DNA of 58,324 nucleotides, filler included, from Basidiobolus ranarum (Eukaryota), in the NCBI GenBank assembly GCA_040143965.1. It is 7 parts of 7 records of this genome, joined end to end, with 100 filler letters (N's around TTAATTAATTAA, not from the genome) between each part and the next. Parts side by side here need not be neighbours in the genome. Positions count along the whole stretch, not along the records: positions 50,102 to 58,324 come from JASJQH010007874.1; 6 more parts are not named here. The stretch is one strand, 5' to 3'. A program made the translations under genes and the position numbers. Below are positions 50,293 to 58,324 of the stretch, in pieces. The notes under the pieces were generated by a model, which was not told where the DNA came from, searched no databases, and saw only the letters and a list, made by a program, of their open reading frames with translations. The first letter of the stretch is position 1. Every line of letters begins with the position of its first letter.

Positions 50293-53054
50293 TATTCTAA
50301 ACTACTAGAAATTACGTTTTCAATCACTCTTGCATTTATTTATTCCAGATGTATAGGAGCTCCAGTCCCTACTACCTTCATTCCAATTTCAAATAAACCC
50401 TTGCCGAGTATGGCTAAATCATATTTATTTCAAGTGAAACACGATGCACGAAATCTATGCCACCATTCTAGTGAACAATGAATATTGGCCAAAACGAGGC
50501 GAAGTATCAGAACCGATTACTATACTGATCCCTATTCTTCAATCCATGATCCTGAGGTATTTGATTGGATAGATTGTATATCTAGATTGTGAAATCGCTT
50601 TCGTGCTACATCTATTTATCAAGTGCATGTTGATGATAAAGGTTCATACTCAGCTATATGGTACACCAATCATCTACAATGTGTATGCACCTCCCCTATC
50701 ACTGCGGATGGCTAAGAGATATGTGAGCACTGAGATTTGTAGTAGCTGACTCAGTGCTCTAACCATTATATTCCTAATTGCCTTTGTAATATCCCTTACA
50801 CTAGCATAAATAGCGTTAATGGGGTCCTTCAAAAGCCATTCAAGCGAGAATATCAACACAATCTGGAACGGGATTTTAGTTAATAAGCGGTGAAATTATT
50901 CATTTTTGTATGGTTCGTTTGATGTTGTCGAACCTTATCAATCATCCGCTATTACATAAACGTTCACTTCTACCAAAGATGGTGTCGGCTATTCTGCCGG
51001 CAAAGAATAGTTAAAGCAGCTGTCGTTGCTCGAGCCCGTTTTAGCTGAGTCCAAGAGGATTTTAAGCTATAAAGAATCTGAGCCGGGGATTAATGCTATG
51101 TATTAATCGTGAGTCAACTGATCTGAAACAAGATCATAGCAGCTATTCAGCACACCACTTGGCACTTCACAGCATTCTCCTTCATATCTATTAAGATGCT
51201 ACTGGCAACTACGTAGCAATCAGTAGTTTTCTGATTCATCATGAGCAATGATTATGAGCAACGATTGTATTGAAAGTATCTCCAATTCGCATGTTTCATG
51301 GTGAATGCACTTACAACTGCTCATTAGTTAATGGTGGTAGATCTTAGAAAGTTGTAATAGTTGGGTTAGAAAAGAATCCTTAATGATGTCATGATAATAT
51401 TCAAATGTGTTCTGAATAGTTTAACAAAATATCCTGCCAAGAGATCACACAACAGCATTTCAAGTCCCCTCAACTTGTTGTCTAAAAGTAAGTCGAAGCC
51501 CCAGAATGAAACACATAAATGACTAATACTGACAACAAGATATATCTATCATCAGCAGCTCAACTTCCATCCTACACTAGCATCATGAATTTTGATCAAC
51601 ACGCAATACCAACAATCCCCCATTGCACTCTATACCTCTTAGACTTCATCCGAGCAACTCTACCTTTGGAGAGTCTCCAACCTCGAGTTGAGAAAACCAG
51701 TATTCTAGTGTGAGCCTTCCGAGGGTGGAAGTAAGTCTCAACCAACTTTACCATGCACTGCCTCCAGTATCACTAGAGTGCCAGAATCAAAAAGTATTCG
51801 CTTAGATGGCTTAAGTGACACCTCTGTATCTGGTTTATCTACAGGAAATATTTTCCCACCTATCTGAACATCAACTGTGGTCTCCCAAATCAGTGCCCAT
51901 AGTTCTTTGGGGACAGCACCCCTCCCAATATTAGTAGCAGCCCACCTCTGACTATGAACACAAGCACGCATGCCAGGCCGACTACCAGTGTTCGAGCGAA
52001 TAACGAGGGTGTGAAACTTAGATTACTAATCACAATGCATAGAATGTAATCATGAATAACACCAGTAATATTTAAATGGATGAAATATTCCAATACCAGA
52101 AGATGTACAATTACTCACTCTTTATCCAAGTGCCTTAAAGTAAAACACGTGCGCGAACTTGAAATAAGCACCTTCGTCGCAAATAACAATCCCGGTGTTC
52201 CCACTGCTTCAGTGAATAAGTATGACATGGCAAAACTGAGCCAATGATTCGTTTTGCTAGGAACCATAATCAGTACGAACACCTCTATTGACCATCAATG
52301 CCTGCTACTCTATCGTAATGCATGTATATCAATTCACCACAGTACGATCAATGTGTCACATGGAGCAGATGAATCAGAGGAACCGAAATTCTCATCGTGG
52401 GATTACTAACCGCTCTAAATGTTACTGTTACTCGGAGAGCCAGGAATCTTTCGTAGATCCAGCCAAAACAGTCAATGGTGTGAAGTTTCGCGGCCATATG
52501 ATGATTTTGTTGGCTATCCATATCAGGCCTTGCTTCCATACCTGGCGATTTTGGGGCTTTCCAGATCATATGGAAATGTTTTTGGAATGGATTTCCAAAC
52601 CCGTCTGCCATCTTTACGTATAACCCTTCCATAATTGCTCCCGTTCCTTTGATACGAGCTATATTTGGGTTTTCAGTCGTAGTTTGGTCAGTTGTTGAAT
52701 ATTTTGTTTATATGCTCCTTATTTGATTTATTATATAGCAATGAACAATCACCTGCCTAGGTTTGAACTTATTATTATTCTAAAATAGTCTTATCAATAC
52801 CCATATCTTCCTCTCATTTCTTCATATAAAAATCCTTCTGACTCAGACCCTTCCCCATTTTTTTCCAGTTGGAATTCTTTTCTGCCACGAACGACTCAAC
52901 CTCTTACTTTGTCTCTAGTGCAGCCTACCCTCACACATAATTGGAGCTTTACTTGGTTCCCGAAATTTTCTATACCATAATATTCGCGTAAAATCTACTT
53001 GCTGTTTATATTTTATCTTCAGATTATACATATTTCCACTTTCTCTTGTACACA

Positions 53055-54438
53055 ATGCCTCCACTTAATTTTTACAAGGACCAAGTCGATTATTCCTCTT
53101 ATTTTTCTTATGCTGGTAATAACACCTCTTCTCGTTTCGCTTCCCCTTTTGACGAGGACAATATCTCCGGACAAGCTTCAAAAAAATCTTCACAAATCAT
53201 CTCGGACCAACCACTATTTTTGAACTTTACTGCTGATCTTAGTCCACAAAATGGAGCGAAAAAACTGAAAACGAAGAAAAAAAATAGTTATAAAGTAAAC
53301 GGAGTGAATATTTTAAATAGGAAAAGTTTGGATAGTTCAACCGCCCTTGAAAGACTCCAAAAGAGGAGAGAGAACCATAATTCGGTTGAAAGGAAGAGGC
53401 GAGATAATATTAACTCTACTATCATGGAGATATCGGAACTTTTGCCCGGACCAGTCTCCACTTCTTCTAAACCTAACAAAGGAAATATCCTGAAACTTGC
53501 CTCAAAATACATCAAGGTAATACTTGGAGAAATGAATATACATCTGTCCTATTGATTACTAACGTTGTTTTTGTAACTCACAGGAACTGAAATACGAACT
53601 AAGGTCCTTGAAAAATGAAGTCAGAGTCTTAAAGGGAGAGGAACCCTTGGAGGAAGAGGTAGAAGAGACTAAGGATTTAAGGAAAAGAAAGAACCTTGAA
53701 CAAGAGAGCTCCGACGAATCTGAAGAGGATAATGAAAACGAGGAGAAGGAGGATCAGGAAGATATGGATAATGATGAGGATGCCTACTCTTCTGCTGAGG
53801 CATCTCGTCAAGTATCTCCTGAGCCATCACCAGAGGATGTGGTTCCCGAAGTTAGTAGGAAGCAATCAATAGACAGTGAGAAATCTTCCCCTGCAGTGGT
53901 TGAAGAAGTAAAGCAGCATTCCGAGCCCGAGGAATCTAAGCCATTGGAAAGTAATGATAAGCCTACCAACAGTGGTGCAACTACAGGACCTGTTCAGCCA
54001 AGCATTCAGCAACAAGCTGTATCATCGTTCAATATGGTATCATCTATCAACCATGAGATGTTTCCTAGCCCTGAAGCCACCAATTTTATTGACAGTGTAG
54101 ACAAACTACCAAGCTACCCTATACTTGGTGGAAGTAAACGCCAGCGTGCTGATAACTTTACCCTTCCAGGAATGGGGCAATTTACTCCTATGACCACAAC
54201 AACACTTTCTCATATGCACACATTCAACGCTGCACCACGCCATAGTGTACCTGCTAGTCCATTTGGATTCCAACTTCCTGGACCTTCTCATTCAGCACCA
54301 TCGACTCCCTCTACAAATAACCAATCACATTTTGTTAATCATATGGCGTCTCCACACAATTATCAGCCACATCCTCACGCCAGAGGGCCACCACATATGA
54401 TGTTCCGTGAGTATAATGGAAATGTGAATATGTATTGA
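53055..54438 (+). CDS. bHLH(-zipper) transcription factor; exons 53055-53516, 53584-54438
   Basis: RRENHNSVERKRRDNIN...ELLP...NKGNILKLASKYIKEL; H-E-R basic residues typical of CACGTG binders; in-frame GT-AG intron. Confidence 0.9.
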
Positions 54439-54752
54439 GTGTCGATGATCTATAACCTCCACAACTCTTAATGACCCAATTTTATGGTTAGATTCCATGC
54501 TTTTTCCACACCCAACAGCCTAGTTTATTTATCAACATTTTATTAGTTCCAACCAAATTTTGCATGTTTACCCAATCAATGACCTATAACTATAAACGCA
54601 TGTATCCGTATATTCAAGTATTTATATAAAAGGCTAGAATTCAATATTATTATTCCAGAGAACTTTTATGTGATGACAGAGGGACAAGTGAATGAGTGAT
54701 GAGGATAACAATTGGGTTGAATCTTTTCCTAACTCTCGAAGTTGACGCTGAT

Positions 54753-56167
54753 TTAGCATAGGCCTCCTTCCTCTTCGATTGGTTCGGGTTGAAATACGGT
54801 GGTTGTATTCGACGTGGTGTTTGGTTGATCAACAGGTACAGAAACGGGAATGGGTGCTGCAACGCTACCACCTCCGGGAACTCTGAGATTTCTTGCAATA
54901 CGAGCAACCTATGATAATAATGAATGTTAATTTCATTTTCGAGGAATTTCTTTAAATTAACTTGGAAAACCTCATTATCAAGGAAGTTTACAATGCGATT
55001 CGAAACCGCTTCACTCAATTTTTCTTGATCGAAATTCTGAAAGGCTTCGATGATTTCTTGGGCTACATAGGCTTCATCTCCCATACCAAAGCCACCTCTG
55101 TATCAAGTGAATGAAATATTAATTCAAGTCAATGATCGTTAATAAAAGTGGACTTTCTTACTGCATAAAGTTTGTGTACTGCTTGTTAGCCTCTACATCA
55201 TCACCCATTCCTAATAATACGATGATGATACTTAAATAAGTTTTATCCATATTTGCAGTAATTCCTAAACTTTTGTTCATATCCGCGAATTTCTGTAACA
55301 TCGCGACTGCTTTCTCAAAACTGTTGAAAAGTAGAAAACGATCAGTAAAAAGAGAAGATTTAAAATGATTGAATATATATCACTTCTTACTAACGATGTT
55401 TAAGGAGTAAAGTGATGGTTTTACGAAAAGTATCCACTCCAAAACGTCCTCTATCTTCGGTTTCGTATAAGTTACAAGAGGCAATGTAAAGTTCTAATGA
55501 TTGTTCAATATCGATGTTTTCAAGTGCTCTAGAGATTCCCTTTAATATTGATGGAAGAGTGACGTTTGAATGGGTGAGATTCACTTACTTTCCACCCTTT
55601 TCTAACATTTCGGCTGCGTTGTCAGCTGAACCATGAGCATTATACAAATCACTGGCTTTGCGATAGTATTGTGCTGCACGTTCAGGTTCCTTTGTTTGTA
55701 TATTCATACTTGCTGCTGATTCATAGGCTTTCGCTGCCATAAATAAACTATTCAAATAGCGTGAGAAATAGTTGAAAAATACCACCATAAAGAGATTACT
55801 CACGAATCAGCTTTAAACTGTGCCTCAGCAGCTTTTAAGAACGCTTCTGAAGCCTTTTCATATGACCTAGCGGCTTTGAAACAAGAGGCTACAAGTTGAC
55901 AAATAGATATTTCAGTAAAGTTTAGTTTCTTTTAAAACTTTAATATAACTAAAGTATAAAGTTTATCTTTACCAGCTTTATCATAATATTGACCTGCGAT
56001 GTCCCAATCAGGTTTACGGAACCAACTTTTGGTGGCACTTGGGGAAAAAGAGTAAATATCTTTTAACGGTCTCGAGTTGATATGATGTTTAAAGAATCCA
56101 ATTGAACATACGCTTTATCTCCCTCTTTTAGAAATTCTAAACCTTCGTTGATTCTTTGGGTTTCCAT
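54753..56167 (-). CDS. NAPG: Gamma-soluble NSF attachment protein (gamma-SNAP), multi-exon
   Basis: WFRKPDWDIAGQYYDKA, LFMAAKAYESAA, GSADNAAEMLEK, FLDNEVARIARNL, C-terminal EEEGGLC*. Confidence 0.85.
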
Positions 56168-56883
56168 GTTTGCTACTCAGATTTTAGTTCAAAATAAATA
56201 GGTGAACCAAAGCAGAAATGACTTTAGAGAATATTATTCGTAAAGTTGGGTAATATTCAGATTCAACAAGAATTATCTATATTAATGAATGATTAAATTA
56301 CTCTTTGAAGATTGGTTAGATTGAGGTGAATTTTCATCTATTGAATAAGTTGAGATGTAGGTGAATGATGGAATATATGGTCTAGGTTATTAATGGTTTG
56401 TATTGTTACTTTATCATGGACGAAGAATTAGTGGCGTTGTCTAAACTACGTGAACGAACTTTACTCTTCTGGTTAGCAACGAAGAAGTTACAACCAGAAA
56501 CGAAGTTTCATTTATTTGAAAGGTACAGTTTAAACTGACTTCTGTTTCTCACAATATACTTACTTTGCCATTAGAAATATTGCTACCGGACAGCTTCAAT
56601 GCACCGATGCTGAAGAAAGCCATTTTCACGTAAAGAATCTGCAGACTCCTCTGGGGATCTATCCAAACGTGTTGATTAGATCTTCGGATGTTGAATATTT
56701 GGAATTCGAAACTTGACATTATCAATGTCAACAGCGTGAAGAATAGACAGAATCTCGACAGTTAACAGCAAATATACCGTCGATTAAGAATATTTGAAGA
56801 GTTTATTTCATAGTTTACCGATGAAATATATAACAACACAAAAAATAAACAACTATATACAGTGAGGATATCTTATGGATGGT

Positions 56884-58324
56884 TCATTTGTTGGAAGTTG
56901 TCCTTCTATCACTGCTCAGCATTTGATCAAGTCTATCGGATTTAGTATTCTAAAAGTTCAGCGTAAGTAGCAGTTCTCTATAGTATTGTCCACTTGACTC
57001 ATAAAATTACTTACACTGGCGTTGATTTGCGCAACAAGTGCATTATTCTCCGTTTCAAGGCGTCTCAAGGTATTGCGCGTCTGGGTGATTTCGTTTGTAG
57101 CCCGAATTAGCTGTCGTTTAAGCTCGTCCTTGGACTTCTCAATGGTAATATGTAAATCTCGGAGGGTGGAGAGTTCGCGCAACAAGCTAGATTTGTCCAA
57201 CTAAGATTGTGTTAGTTACAAAATGGTCTTTTTAATTGAATGCCACTGACATTACCTCAGTGGAGCGAAGTTGCTTCTCGACGGTGGCTAAGGATGTCAT
57301 TAACTCTATGATGAGATAAGTTAGCAGTCTGTGATAGGTAATTGGAAGTAAAGGCATTTACGTTCAGATTGTCGCTTATATGCTTTCAAGTCTACTTGAT
57401 GCTGCTTATAATCAACCGAATGCTCGTCCAACTGTTTCTGTAAGGCTTGCAGTTGATTGTCACAATCGGATAGCTCCGATCTATAGTCCCAAGAATTAGT
57501 GAGTGAACGCAGATTAGTGAGTGAACGCGTGTACTATTCATATGCCACACTTTGAAATAATTTACCGAAGCTTTCGATTTTCATTGATGGATTGTTTCAA
57601 CGCGCGATCAAGCTTTTCGTAATCGATGGTCAACCTTCTGTAGGCTTCGTTGAGTCTATTCTGGTCGATATTTTGAGTATGAACTAGATCGCTGAGTGAC
57701 ATGTTTTGATGATCCTTCTCCTTGAGTTCTGAGGTGATCCGAGACTTCTCTTTCTCGAGCTGAATCATGGAATTAGAATATAATTGGAAAGGAAGGTGGC
57801 TACAAGAGAATATACCACTGATATCTTATGAAGAAGCTCCTGATTTTTTTGTTGAAGATCTGATGCTTTGTCGTTGATTTCTTTCATGGAATCAGAATGC
57901 TCCTGTATTAAAGATTGCGTTAGCTATGAGAGAGTCAGCTAGAGGTTATCGACCAAATCTTGAAACCTTAAAACTTGTCTGTTCTATGTGAAGCTGAGCG
58001 GAGAGTTCGTTGATGTTCTTTTGTAATGATTCAATCTTATCTTTTAATTTTCGTGACTCTTCAAGAGATTGAACCTGCTCTGAATGGAAAACAAATGTTT
58101 ACATTGTAGAATGATTTAAGTCAAATTGTTGAAAATAGGAACCTTCGAGAGCGTTTTGTTTACTTTTTTCAACTTGTCCTTTCTTCAATTCTTGATTGGC
58201 CCTATTCTATAAAGTGCAATTAGTATACACATTTGACGCTTGGCACGATAGAGCAACATACCAAAGATGAGTTCTCTCGTTTCATTTGATTGATTTCAGT
58301 CAGTAGCCGCTCAATATGTTGATT
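56884..58324 (-). CDS. CEP135: Coiled-coil protein, CEP135/Bld10-like, 3' part (5' end outside window)
   Basis: Spliced ...RLNEAYRRL...Q...E....RSEL...D.....L...HQVDLKAYKRQSEQLMTSLATVEKQLRSTELDKSSLLRELSTLRDLHITIEKSKDELKRQL... matches, without gaps, my recollection of the CEP135 C-terminal coiled coil. Last exon 56949-56884. Confidence 0.65.

Noticed and set aside
50674-52634. Short ORFs upstream of the bHLH gene
   Set aside because: Mutually overlapping, no motifs; consistent with a long regulatory intergenic region.
47623-58324. Physical linkage of the divergent beta-tubulin with the CEP135-like gene
   Set aside because: Different contigs; adjacency results from size sorting.

Overview
Intron-rich, AT-rich fungal DNA. 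The style fits an early-diverging lineage; Basidiobolus-like is my inference and is not proven. The window is not contiguous: it is seven ~8.2 kb contigs (8262, 8259, 8253, 8252, 8241, 8234, 8223 bp, descending) joined by artificial 100-nt N44-TTAATTAATTAA-N44 spacers, so gene neighbourhoods are meaningful only within a contig. Contig 1: atypical Ser/Thr kinase and a signal-anchored class II cAMP phosphodiesterase. Contig 2: TOM22, a small membrane protein, UBC6, ZNHIT2-like gene. Contig 3: internal fragment of a multimodular NRPS ([E]-C-A-T-E-C-A-T). Contig 4: RPL20 end, a short phytochelatin-synthase-like gene behind five perfect ATCWGATAA iron-GATA boxes, BCKDH E1-alpha, a truncated-globin/protoglobin fusion with a membrane tail, and an ABCB transporter end. 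Contig 5: CpG-depleted nested copia/gypsy relics. Contig 6: a fold-back repeat carrying a tRNA-containing solo LTR, a DUF3020-like protein and an intronless beta-tubulin with Leu198. Contig 7: GPI-protein end, bHLH factor, gamma-SNAP and the 3' part of a CEP135/Bld10-like centriole gene that appears C-terminally shortened. Top leads: the CEP135-like gene, the iron-box/PCS unit, the two-family globin fusion, the tRNA-bearing LTR and the putatively secreted PDE. All homology calls come from motif recognition and remembered sequences, not database searches.
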